A stretch of 63,153 nt of DNA, filler included, from Octopus bimaculoides (lineage: Eukaryota): the NCBI RefSeq assembly GCF_001194135.2. It is 8 parts of 8 records of this genome, joined end to end, with 100 filler letters (N's around TTAATTAATTAA, not from the genome) between each part and the next. Parts side by side here need not be neighbours in the genome. Positions count along the whole stretch, not along the records: positions 13,234 to 32,727 come from NC_068990.1; positions 32,828 to 34,834 come from NC_068999.1; positions 34,935 to 49,333 come from NC_068997.1; 5 more parts are not named here. One strand, given 5' to 3'. A program made the translations under genes and the position numbers. The notes beneath the pieces are model-generated. The model was given only the letters and a program-made list of their open reading frames with translations, searched no databases and was not told where the DNA came from. Positions 28,200-40,723 of this stretch are shown here, one piece after another (the first letter of the stretch is position 1; every line of letters begins with the position of its first letter).

Positions 28200-30890
28200 T
28201 TGGAAAAAATGACCACTGGATCTTCTATTACTACTACTACTACTACTACTAGTATCGCTGCTAGTCTTCTCATCATCATCATCATTCTCTTAAACATCGT
28301 TAACATTATCATCATCATAGCCATCAGCATCATCTTCACTTCTAGTACCACCACCACCACCACCACCTGCACTACCACAACCACAACCACCAGCCAAACC
28401 ATCCGCCATCACCAAGACTGCCACCACCACCACTAGTCCCCTACTTCTCTTCAAATAAGTCCCTTTTTTTACTAAACTGCCTTCCTGTAGTTACCCCCCC
28501 TCTCACACAATGTATCTACCTCAGCCTGCTACTTTCCTCTATCTCTTGATATTTTCCCTCTATCCATCCCTCTCTCTCCTCCTCACCCTTGCACTCTTTT
28601 CCGTCTGTATGCACATTCTTTTACTCTCTCTCTCTCTCATTTTCTTTATTTTCCCCCTCTTCATCTTTTTTCTCCTCCTCCTTCTCTTTCTCTATCCTTA
28701 TCACATATTTTTGCCTCCCTTTTTTTTTGGTTTTTTTTTACATTGCTTTCCTTCAATTTTTTTTCTGTCCATCCACAGATTTCTGGAATATTCTACGCCC
28801 ATTTCTGCTGTTATCATGACCCAAGCATCCAGCCCATCCATCACCACTGACCACCATCTCGCCACCACACACCACCACCACTGCCTAAACTACAACCATT
28901 ATCACCATCATCACTAACCCCTGCTGCCTCTACCACCACCACCAGNNNNNNNNNNNNNNNNNNNNNNNNNNNNNNNNNNNNNNNNNNNNNNNNNNNNNNN
29001 NNNNNNNNNNNNNNNNNNNNNNNNNNNNNNNNNNNNNNNNNNNNNNNNNNNNNNNNNNNNNNNNNNNNNNNNNNNNNNNNNNNNNNNNNNNNNNNNNNNN
29101 NNNNNNNNNNNNNNNNNNNNNNNNNNNNNNNNNNNNNNNNNNNNNNNNNNNNNNNNNNNNNNNNNNNNNNNNNNNNNNNNNNNNNNNNNNNNNNNNNNNN
29201 NNNNNNNNNNNNNNNNNNNNNNNNNNNNNNNNNNNNNNNNNNNNNNNNNNNNNNNNNNNNNNNNNNNNNNNNNNNNNNNNNNNNNNNNNNNNNNNNNNNN
29301 NNNNNNNNNNNNNNNNNNNNNNNNNNNNNNNNNNNNNNNNNNNNNNNNNNNNNNNNNNNNNNNNNNNNNCCACCACCACTGCCTAAACTACAACCATTAT
29401 CACCATCATCACTAACCCCTGCTGCCTCTACCACCACCACCAGCACTGCCACCACCACCACTGCCGCCACCATCGCCCTCACCGCCACCACTAACATTAC
29501 TACCAATATCACCACCACCAGCCCTACCACAACCACCACCACTGCCATCACCACCATCACCACCACCACCTCTGTTGCCGTCACCAAGGAAATGAGGGAG
29601 CTTCTATGAAGTGGGTTCCACTTGCCTGAAATAGTAGCCTAATCTCCCTCCAATCACACCTCACTGTTTTAGGATGATGAAAGCACACATTAGATAATAA
29701 TGTGGTGTTATATACCACTAAAAAAAACAGATGGGAGGGTCAAAGGTTGAATGATCTTTGATCATAGGTCTGTTTGGTTATTGGAGCCTAGGGTTAAACA
29801 CCAACAACAACCACCGCCTCCATCATTAAGCTTTTCACTATAGATCACCACCTCCACCACCATCACCACCACAAACAACAACAACAACAGCAGCAGCAGC
29901 AACAACAACAACAATAGTAACACTACTATTACTGTCGTCACCACCATCACCACTGGCACTTCGCTCTCCCACCATGACCACTACTACTAAAACTGTTATC
30001 AATATTACTATTGTTATCAGAATAAAATGCACAACTACCACCACCACTACAACCTCCGCTCTATCACTGCCACCACTGCTACTACCACTGCTACTGCTAC
30101 CGTCACTATCATCATCTCTACCTCCATCATCATCACTACCACCACCACCATCACTAATGACTATCATTGCCGACACCATTCCACTATCAACACCACCAAC
30201 ACCACCGCTACCAATACTACCACCAATGCCACCACCACAACCACCATCACCACCACCATCATCACACCACCACCATCACCCCACAATCAATACCACTACT
30301 AGTGCCACCACCACCAACACTACCACATTAACTATTATCATCACCACTACAACTCACACATTGTCACTACTACAACACCAACACCAACATTACCACCACC
30401 ACAACCACGACCACGACTACCACCACTGAAACCAGTATCATCAACAGCACTATCATTACCATCACTACCACCTCTCATCACCAATATCACTACTCCCACA
30501 ACCATTGATCACCACTTGTACTACTACTACCTCAACACCCTCATCATCATTATTTATCATCATCATCATCATCACTACCAGTAGCATTACCCCCACCAAC
30601 ACTACCATCACTCTCACCACCTGTACCAACAGCATTACCACCAACCATTATTATAGCAACCATGCCCACCACTACTGGACACTATCATAGACATCAGCAC
30701 TATGATTATCACAGCCATTATCACCACTACAAACTACCACCATCTCCACTTACTGTCCATGCAACTATCACCACTAGGACCATTGTTTTCAATCCCACTA
30801 TTATTGCCATCACCACCACCACCACCACTGCAGCCTTCACCACCACAGCTGCCATCTCCACCACCACCACCACCACCACCACAGATATGT
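28200..30890. repeat. About 2.7-kb cryptic trinucleotide (CAC/CAT/CTA/CAA) field
   Basis: Direct reading; interrupted by a CT-rich stretch and gap 28946-29369. Confidence 0.9.
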
Positions 30891-30999
30891 AGATTTGCCT
30901 ATTTTATTTCTGCCTGAATTTTATGGATTGCAATAACCAAAAATATATAACTACTACAAAGAACAATAGAATGCTGTTTCTCTATGGACAAAAACAAGT

Positions 31000-31360
31000 T
31001 ACTTAGGTAGAGGGGGGGTGGACTCTGAAAGGGATCTCAGGGAGTAGTGTCCCTGCCTTCCGGAGTTAGTTTTCCATCACATTTCTTAAAAATCATGGAA
31101 GAGGCCTTGATCTCAGGGACCACTCAAGTCTAGAAACTGAGGATGGGGGTAAGCAAGTGAATGCTCTCCATAAAAAATCCAGCTCCAAAAAAACTTCATG
31201 ATGATAAAGGTGAATGGGCACCAGCCAGCCAGCCCAAAGGTTGGGGTGGGCTGCACCTACCTACCTCGGTCACTACGGCATTGAGGTAGATCCAACCACC
31301 CCTGTTAACTGGGACAAAACCCGGATTTAAAACACTGGATGATGATGATGATGAGGAGGA
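31000..31360 (+). mobile_element. Probable retroelement 3' tail ending in (GAT)n, RTE-like
   Basis: GC-richer block ending ...GGGACAAAACCCGGATTTAAAACACTG followed by (GAT)n, a typical LINE/SINE short-repeat tail. Confidence 0.45.
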
Positions 31361-31454
31361 GGAGGAGAAGGATGAGGCCAAAATAAGCATTAAAACTAGT
31401 CAGCTCTGTTTGTTTTCACTGACCATACTGAGAAAAAAAAATTCTTATGATTTA

Positions 31455-31670
31455 ATAATCCTTTCTACTACAAGCACAAGGGCTGAAATTTGAGGGAGAA
31501 GATAGTCAATTAAAATGACTCCAGTGTTTCACTGGTACTTATTTTATCAACTCAGAAAAGATGAAAGGCAAAGTCGACCTCGGTGGAATTTGAACTCAGA
31601 ATGTAGCAGCAGACGAAATACCGCTAAGCATTTTACCTAGCGTACTAACAATTCTGCCTGCTTGCTGCCA
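31455..31670 (-). mobile_element. SINE family A copy
   Basis: GCACAAGGGCTGAAATTTGAGGG...AAAGATGAAAGGCAAAGTCGACCTCGGTGGAATTTGAACTCAG...AACAATTCTGCC. Confidence 0.85.
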
Positions 31671-32236
31671 TCCTGTGGTTTAATAATGATATGTACTTAT
31701 CAGAGTGAGACAGAAAATAGTCCTAGTTTGGATTTCTAATTAGAATCGTGAACTCTGAAATATGCTTAGTCTTAAAAGTTTTTTAAACTGTGTATGGTTA
31801 TGTCTTAATTAAAAAATCTAATAAGGTTTAACATATTGTCTTACTGCATAAGATGTTTATATACTAAGTTCTCTGCAGTATTGCACATGCAGGAAAATGA
31901 TAGCAGTTTCTTTTTATATTAAAGAATAATTTCAAAGATAGCATTTGAGGAGATAAGAGAAAAGACATCAACTGTGCAATCGGTATGTGTATGTGTGTGT
32001 GTGTGTCTGTGTGTCCATGTAAACCAATAGCTAACCCATGTATCACTGAGTTTCAAAGAATTCTAATTCATGATCCCTTTATTCAAAATCGTAGGATCTC
32101 ATACTTTTGACTAGAATTTTTTTTTGTTATGTAATATGAGTGCATTTTCATTGGCTCTGCTTAACTCTTTGCAAGGGAGAGAAGCATTACAGGAAGTTTC
32201 TGCCTAGTCCTCTCTCTCTTTCTCTCTCTCTCTCCT

Positions 32237-32267
<31 letters not shown>

Positions 32268-32469
32268 TTCTATTGTAAAACGATTACAAAATGGCATGCT
32301 TCTCTTTGTTTTTTAAATAATTAATCCAAATTAATTTCAAACATTTACTCCTTCAATATCTTTAGCCACCTATTTCAAAATTGCATACCGCCCCACCCCT
32401 TCCTCCTTCAGCACTGCCGCCAACGCTGCCGCCAACGCTGCCACCGCCGCTGCCTCCTACCCCACTCTT

Positions 32470-32650
32470 CTCCTCCCCTTCCTCTCATTTCTTCTTTTTC
32501 TTCTCATTCTTCTTATTCTTCTTTTCAATCTTCTTCTTTTCAATCTTCTTCTTCTCATTCTTCTTCTTCTCATTCTTCTTCTTCTTCTTCTTCTTCTTCT
32601 TCTCATTCTTCTCATTTCTTCTTCTTCTTCTTCACCATCATCATCACCAT
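32470..32650. repeat. (TTC)n/(TTCTCA) microsatellite
   Basis: Direct reading. Confidence 0.95.
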
Positions 32651-32827
32651 ATCAAAGCCCCCATCCCCTTTATTATGCCTGCATGGATCACATGGAAATT
32701 TGTTGTGGTAAATTTTTCTGTGTACGTNNNNNNNNNNNNNNNNNNNNNNNNNNNNNNNNNNNNNNNNNNNNTTAATTAATTAANNNNNNNNNNNNNNNNN
32801 NNNNNNNNNNNNNNNNNNNNNNNNNNN

Positions 32828-32899
<72 letters not shown>

Positions 32900-32999
32900 A
32901 AAGAGAGAGAGAGAGGATTACCAGTGTTACAAAGTTAAAAACACGCCTGCCTCAGTGAACCGATCTTCTCTATTTTCCCAACCCAGATAAGGAATGTTC

Positions 33000-33480
33000 T
33001 TCTTCAAATTCCATTTATAGGTAAGAGATAAAAGAAGCAGTCTTCACACCTAGAAATATTCTCCACCCGTTGCGTTACTTTGGACGCTTAGTTCAACGGC
33101 TTTCCACCCGTTAGAACTAGGATTTTCCATACCACCTCCACGCACATCTCAGCAGGAACGTTTCTCTCTTCCTCTCTTCCGTCGTCCATTCTTCGTCTTA
33201 ATCCTCGGATCTTCCAAGATATCCATGGTCATAGTCATCGTTAAGGTTTGTAAAAGAGGGGCCTTTCGCCAGTGAGTTTGTTTAATGCGGAGAGTTGCGA
33301 AATCGACCGCCCTCGCCCCATATCCATCCAGTGTTGGATTTTCAAAACCTCCTATATCCAGGACAGCTGGGTTGAAATGATTGGAGGCCTGTCATTTCCC
33401 AGAAACATATTGGTGGCGCTGTCTGTCCTGTGCTGTCTTAACTTCTATCGGTGCACGCGGGTTTGGGTTTGGGTGTAATA
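33000..33480 (-). mobile_element. Possible decayed C-terminal end of an RTE-like LINE ORF
   Basis: Minus frame LDGYGARAVDFATLRIKQTHW...KNGRRKRGREKRSC*DV resembles LDG...W / GxRxRGRP..W.D.V of RTE-type RT C-termini. Weak. Confidence 0.35.
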
Positions 33481-33597
33481 TTCCATTATTGGGTATAATA
33501 TTCCATTATTGGAATTTTAAATTTAGGCAGATTTTTTTAAATCAGGACTTTAAAAACCGAAAGAGAAACGTCAAAGCATTTCTTATGACGCTTATCC

Positions 33598-33735
33598 TGA
33601 AGGCGCGTGGCTTAGTGGATAGGATATACGGCTCCCGACCTTCAGGTCACGAGTTCGATTCCCGGCGGCGCTTTCTGTCCTTGTGCAAGACATTTTATTT
33701 CACGTCACTTCAAGTCCACTAAGCTGAGTAACGAG
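33598..33735 (+). mobile_element. tRNA-derived SINE family C head
   Basis: A box TGGCTTAGTGG (33608-33618), B box GAGTTCGATTCC (33651-33662), then CTTGTGCAAGACATTTTATTTCAC. Reverse copy at about 51790-51945. Confidence 0.7.
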
Positions 33736-33779
33736 AAATTTAAACAAGCAGATTAACAATTTCTACCACGCATGAATCG

Positions 33780-34220
33780 GCACGGCCTCTTCGACAGGCT
33801 TCCACATAGTTTCTGTCAACCAAATTTCATTCACAAAGTTTTGATCGAATCAAAGCCACGGTAGAAGACACTTACCCAAGGAAAGTGCTTCACAGTGAAG
33901 TCGAACCCGAAACTCTATTGTTGCGAAGGAAACTTATGCACCAGACAACCTTTCCTTGCGCTTATCTGGACGGCATTTCAGCGTAAATCGTAAAGAGACG
34001 TAAAGGAATATAGATTTCAAATTTTGGCGCGAGGCCAGCAATTTCTGAGAAGAGTGTAAAGTCGATTATCAACTCCAGCATTCTACTGGTACGTATTTCA
34101 TCGATCCCGAAAGGCTGAAGGCAAAGTGGACCTCGGAGAAATTTGAACTCGGAACGTGAAGGCGGACGAAATGCATTTTACCCGTCATACTAACGATTCC
34201 GTCAAGCTCGTCGCCTTAAG
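33780..34220 (-). mobile_element. Adjacent SINE family B head (33780-33960) and SINE family A copy (34000-34220)
   Basis: Similarity to the better-preserved copies at 11880-12275 and 56433-56655. Confidence 0.75.
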
Positions 34221-34790
34221 AGACGTAAAGAAACATCACAAAGTATTTTTACCTGCGCTCTACCGATTCTGCTTGTGTAACGCTTTTCTCTCTCCAAGGA
34301 GACCAACTTAGTTATTTGTCAACGGAGGATCAAGTGGTTCAATATCCAATCAATAATTTCTGTTGCTACCCACAGGTTCATAATTTCTCCTGCATATCTC
34401 CTGACAGATTACAAATGAGGACAGGAAAATGAAGAAAGGGTGGACTGTGGGGTAGGAAGCGGGTGTCATAAAGATACATGGAGATATGGGTAGATATATG
34501 TTAGATATGTACAAAGTATACGGACAGATTAGAGGATTAGCAATACGATAGGTTGATAAATAGCTTAATCAATAAATGTGTTGATCGAGAATCGATCAAA
34601 TTATATGGACAAAGATTCATATGTACACGTGTATGTATGTATGTATGTATGTATGTATACATAAGCATATATATACATATATACACACGTATGTATGTGT
34701 GTATACGCGTATGTGTGTGTATATATGAATACACTATTTAAGTACGTGGCTAGGTCCATAGATAAGCATAGTGATATATAAACATATACT

Positions 34791-34834
<44 letters not shown>

Positions 34835-34994
34835 NNNNNNNNNNNNNNNNNNNNNNNNNNNNNNNNNNNNNNNNNNNNTTAATTAATTAANNNNNNNNNN
34901 NNNNNNNNNNNNNNNNNNNNNNNNNNNNNNNNNNCTGGTTTTCACTTTACTATTATGATATTCTAACATTAAAAAATATTTTGTAATGCTCATA

Positions 34995-36290
34995 AAGTTA
35001 AATTAGCGCTTTCATATACAGAGTAATCATCAGATTTCAAATGTGTTTAACTGACAGTTGAGTTCTCGACAATTTTAGTACCTCTTAGAACGTTCCAGCA
35101 AGCTGAATTTTTAGAATGCGGTTTTAATCAATCCACATACATCTCAAAAATCACGGTTTGCCAGGCATACCAATATTCTGTAATTTGTTTATATCTATAA
35201 ACTAGAGATATTTCAAATCCACATCATTAACTGGTTGTTATGTTATTGCTGTTACTTCCGTTTAGAACATGTTTGAACATTTTAATAAACCGTTTTTCTT
35301 TTATCTTTCCTCCAGCCGCACTAGTGTCATGTATTTTGTGGAAAAGAAAATTAGAAAAATGTTCTGACCATATATCTCTATATGTTCGCTCAATGGAATT
35401 TGGCGAACATTGGTGCTCCAGATTTGTTGTTTGTTGACTCGTGAGCGTCCCGCTAATGCATTCCCAGTCTCGCCTATATATAATTCCTCGCAATTCGGGT
35501 ATTTAATGCAGCAGATCAAATTTCTGCTTTTGCAGTTCATATCTGCATTTGCGAAATGTCTGTCTATTGTTTGTTCTAATGGATCTGTCAGTATGCATGT
35601 ACTGACACGTTCCACATCTGTTATCATTTTTGGATACTGTGAATGCTTTACCCTGTTTGTTCATGTTGAATTTTGCCTTTGTTAATAGTTTGTTTAGGTT
35701 ATGTGGTTGCCTTTTGATTAAGATAAGTGTTTGATTAGTTGTTTATTTTTTTTTATTTTTCACTTTGTTTTATGATTGGTGAATTTGTTTTGATGATGTT
35801 AAAAATATTTTGGTGACGTGGATTGTGTGTTACTAGAAATGGTATTGTATTCCTTTGATGGGTTCGTCTTTTTCGTGTTGCCCTAAGTTGTTCTATAGGT
35901 ATCGCTTTTTTAAAAAAACATACCTAATCAAACACTTATTTTAAGCAAAACAAACTTACCAATCATAAAACAAAGTGAAAAATTAAAAAAACATAATAAC
36001 CAATCAAATACTCATCTTAAGCAAAATACATGGTAATTCCAATGTTTTGTTGGGTGGACTGTGGAGGAGGTTAGTACAAGTTGTGAGCCCTGTTGATGCA
36101 ATTGTGAGGCTGTAATCTTTATATTCTGAAACATAAAAGTCAATAAATGGAGGTGATTTGGTCGTAATCGGACACAACATTGTCATCCGTATATTGCATT
36201 TCTGAAATGGTGTTTGTCGATGTTTAATACTTCATCTAGAATCAGTTTTGATTGAAGACACCTTCATTAAACCTGTTTCTATTCTAAACG
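34995..36290 (-). mobile_element. Penelope-like element relic (RT end, linker, GIY-YIG, 3' hammerhead-like motif)
   Basis: PPFIDFYVSE (PFLD-like), PFLVTHNPRHQNIF, NLICCIKYPNCEELYIGETG...RQIPLSEHI, KEKRFIKMFKHVLN; CTGATGA...GAAAGCGCTA at 35033-35004. Confidence 0.85.
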
Positions 36291-36694
36291 CGAAGAAAAA
36301 TTCTCCAAGGTGGTGCCCTAGCATGACCGCAGTCAAATGATTGAAATAAAAAATAAAAGATTTGCGTATATTTGCGTATACCTATGTACATATAGTGTTA
36401 TATTCGATAGTTAAGCAGTTGGTGAATCACTATTACTCAGAGCTTTATCTCATACCCGTGAACGCCTTAGTAATAGATCGGTGAATCACAAACTATTTAA
36501 TTATAACAATGAAATATACACGATTTATTGTGACCTATTCACAAGCGTATATATGCATTCTCTTTTGCCGAAATGCTAAGTTACGGAGACATAAACAAGC
36601 TGACACCAGTTGTCCAGCGGTGATGAGGGGTAAACACAACACACACGCACACACATGCACGTGTACGTGTGTGTGCGTGTGTATTTATAAATAA

Positions 36695-36764
<70 letters not shown>

Positions 36765-37509
36765 CCTCTGGATTTACCTGAGATTATACTTAAGGACTTA
36801 TAACCTCTCAGAAGTACGGATCAACTTTCAGACCCTATGGAAAAAGATGAACTGTGAACTTAATTCTCCTGTCTGTATTCTTCTATCTATTGTTTTACTC
36901 TTTATTCTTCTGTCTACCATCTTATTCCTTTATAAACTGTCTAGAACTTTCATACATGCTCACCTTGACGGAATTACATACTCTAATGACGGAATACCTA
37001 GTGTATGGAGATGCTAACTTATCACTTAGGATATCCCAGAAACAGCTGTAAGACATCCAATAATCAATCAATTAACTAACTAATTAATTAATTCAAATTC
37101 ACCTCACTCTAATTAAATATTCTAAGTTACTTGAGATACTCGTCCTGCCTTGGTTTTTGCTGTCCTTTTCTCTCTAATATATATCTGCTAACTCGGAAAC
37201 CTACTACGGATCCCTAGCACCAGCCTCAGCTGTGAACTTGCAACTAAACGGACGACCAATTATAGCACTTACACAGCGTACCTATTCGTTTAGTTCACCA
37301 TCGTCTGTAAAAAACATAAATCCAAAAGAAGAATCAGACTCTAAGAGGTAAAGCTGTATATATATTAAAAACGGGGAATACCGGTTTATGGAATTACTTT
37401 TGGGATTTGAAGATACGTCATAAATCTAAACCTTTAATGGACGGGAAACCTAAGGTTATCCCATAAACCGACCTTCCCCATTTTTAATATATATATATTA
37501 TATATAAAT

Positions 37510-37640
37510 ATATCACTTCACAAGGCTTTGGTTGACCTGTGGCAATAGTAGAAGATGCTCATCCAAGGTGCCACGCAGTGGCACTGAACCCAAAGACGCA
37601 TGATTGGGAAACAACCTTTTTAGCCACACAGCCACGCATG
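37510..37640 (-). mobile_element. SINE family B head
   Basis: CACAAGGCTTTGGTTGACC...CCAAGGTGCCACGCAGTGGCACTGAACCC...GCCACACAGCCAC. Confidence 0.8.
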
Positions 37641-38089
37641 CCCCAATAAATGTCTCTGTATTTATTATACGTATACATCTGTATTACGAATGCAATATGT
37701 ACCTATGAATATAAATCCATACATTTCAGTGTGAATGTGTGAGTGCGTATGTGTACCTGTGTGTGTGGTGGGGGTGTATGTGTGTATGTTCTTTTAGCAT
37801 TTTACTGGTTTTTGTCATTGTGTTGTGGTCGTACTGAAACTCCGTTTTCAATGGTTATTTGTCGATCGTATCAAAACCCATTACTTACATCAGTCAAGTA
37901 CATATTTTATCGATCTATCTTTTATCGAGTGAAATAGCTGTGTGTGTGTATGTGGGCATCCGTGCGCACGTGTGTGTGTGTGTATGTGTGTGTGTGTAGG
38001 TCATGTGAATGTATGCGTATGTGAAAAGCCTCTTCATCATGAAATGACAAGGTATTAAACATAAAACGTACCTCAGCCAGCCGATGTGA

Positions 38090-38560
38090 TACATAAATTT
38101 AAATATATACGTGAAAAATGTCAACTTCGTAAGGCAGAGCTGTTACATCGGATGTACAAGTGGACCACTTGACCATGTATGTGTTTACAACAAGGAGCTA
38201 TCGCAACCAATTACAATATTTTATTTTATAATAAAACCAGGTAGAAAATCATTAGTTGATTACATTATAATTTCATACAGTATTCTACAAAACCCAGAAT
38301 TTCAATGGAAGATTTTCTAACAGCAAAATATAGACCAAAGATAACACAAAAATACATCACAAATAAAATATATCATGAAATCTATCAGGACTTAAGCGTT
38401 GAATGTTTTTAAAAGTCGGTGCTGACGATCTTATTAGTTAAATCAATATTCCCATGATACCTTGTGTCGTACTGCAAAGCGTACAGCCATTACTACCTTC
38501 ATTGCATCCTGATGATGTGGCTGAGAAAGTCTCGAAATGTTAACTGAATAACAGATTTAA
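38090..38560 (+). mobile_element. Highly decayed Penelope-like GIY-YIG relic with downstream hammerhead-like motif
   Basis: ...CYIGCTSGPL...SLVDYI...NPEFQWKIF, then CTGATGA-T-GTGGCT-GAGAA-AGTCTC-GAAA-TGTT at 38509-38541 on the same strand. Confidence 0.55.
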
Positions 38561-38748
38561 GAACATTGTTGTTCTAAACTGGTCTTAAAACACTAATAAA
38601 GGTATAGTGAAGAATCGTTAATAAAACTCTACATATATAGTATATGGGTTATTACTATTCGACAGAAAGTACTGCTGTTATCACCTCTACATTTTTATCA
38701 TTTGTATCACACATACATACACATACACACACTCTCTCTCCCTTTCCT

Positions 38749-38785
<37 letters not shown>

Positions 38786-39064
38786 CTCTGTCTCTCTTTC
38801 TCCTTCTCTCTCTTTCATTCTCTCCCTTAGAACAAGATACAGCTGATAGAGCTTAATTCGAAAGAGCGTTTTCTCTATGTAATATAGTGAATTGAAAAAA
38901 ACTTCGATGAAATGAAATTATCGATGCAGATAGTATACAAAACTCCCTCTGGGTGTGTTTAAGTTCTAAAAGCAACAATTCAAATGCGATAATCCAATAT
39001 GATCACACATATACATATATCCTTGCAAACAAACAAAGGTGCAGACACGTACACACAGTTGTAT

Positions 39065-39115
<51 letters not shown>

Positions 39116-40687
39116 TATGTATGTATGTATGTATATGTATATGTATATGTATATATNNNNNNNNNNNNNNNNNNNNNNNNNNNNNNNNNNNNNNNNNNNN
39201 NNNNNNNNNNNNNNNNNNNNNNNNNNNNNNNNNNNNNNNNNNNNNNNNNNNNNNNNNNNNNNNNNNNNNNNNNNNNNNNNNNNNNNNNNNNNNNNNNNNN
39301 NNNNNNNNNNNNNNNNNNNNNNNNNNNNNNNNNNNNNNNNNNNNNNNNNNNNNNNNNNNNNNNNNNNNNNNNNNNNNNNNNNNNNNNNNNNNNNNNNNNN
39401 NNNNNNNNNNNNNNNNNNNNNNNNNNNNNNNNNNNNNNNNNNNNNNNNNNNNNNNNNNNNNNNNNNNNNNNNNNNNNNNNNNNNNNNNNNNNNNNNNNNN
39501 NNNNNNNNNNNNNNNNNNNNNNNNNNNNNNNNNNNNNNNNNNNNNNNNNNNNNNNNNNNNNNNNNNNNNNNNNNNNNNNNNNNNNNNNNNNNNNNNNNNN
39601 NNNNNNNNNNNNNNNNNNNNNNNNNNNNNNNNNNNNNNNNNNNNNNNNNNNNNNNNNNNNNTATATATATATATATGTATATATGTATGTATATATGTAT
39701 GCATGTATGTATGTAAGTATGTATGTATGTATGTATGTAGAGACAAATGATCGCGATATCTAGGACTGTAAAAATCTGCAAGACCTTCTTAAGATTTAAA
39801 AGTTGGTTAAAATAACATGGGTTCTTTCACAATCTTGCAACCAAGTAGGTGGCTGGTAAATATTCCCCCTACACTAAAAGGAGAAAGAGAAGGACATACA
39901 TATGTGTGTGTTTGTATAGGAATATTGAATTAAATTTCGCAATATGTATGATATTATATCTTGCTGAATATTAATGCTAATATCATAATAGTACTGGCTA
40001 TCTTGAGATATAATTAATTAAAATACGCGCACAGTTAAATATTTAAATATACTAGAAACAACTTCATTTCTATACACAGATATTAAAATAAATTTCTGTT
40101 TTAGACTCCAGAGCTTGAGATTTCAAAGTTTCATGTGTTACTTTCACAGTCATCAGTGGCGGAAGTGAAATAATCTGATCATTATATCTATTTTCTTGCA
40201 GCGAGGTGTTGATACATTTTTCGTAAACAAGAGAGAATGGGAGAAAGAGAGAGAACGAAATTATCAGAATAAGCAAAAATAACACCAAAAAAAGTGCGAT
40301 ATATACATAGAAATCTAAAATAATTGGACTCTGTAGAAATCCTGTTCAATAATAGAATGTTCTGTAAAAGGCTAACGTAATAATATAATAATAGGTTTCG
40401 GTGAAAAGTAACAGCAATGTTTACTTCAACAGTCACTTTGTGAATTTCTCTATATTTGTATTTATAGTAAAAAGGATAATCTTTTAACCTTTACTGTGTT
40501 TATTATTGGCCATTTCATTCACTAGACTTTACCACTCCAACTTAATGATATCTAAAGGAGATTACTATAATACCGTGTCAAATTCCAGCTGGATTATTGT
40601 GTCAGAACAATCAGTCTAGTTACTACAAGTTGTTTTTGTGAATACTGTTTCGAATAATTCCTTGTTCTACTCTTATTTTACTGCCTC

Positions 40688-40723
<36 letters not shown>

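Noticed and set aside
33601-33670. tRNA-like sequences (also 56433-56510 and 12200-12275)
   Set aside because: A and B boxes are present but there is no complete cloverleaf, and they run directly into SINE bodies. These are SINE heads, not tRNA genes.
36697-37051. Hydrophobic, membrane-like ORFs
   Set aside because: They start in (GT)n, and the hydrophobicity reflects T/C-rich composition. No homology recognised.
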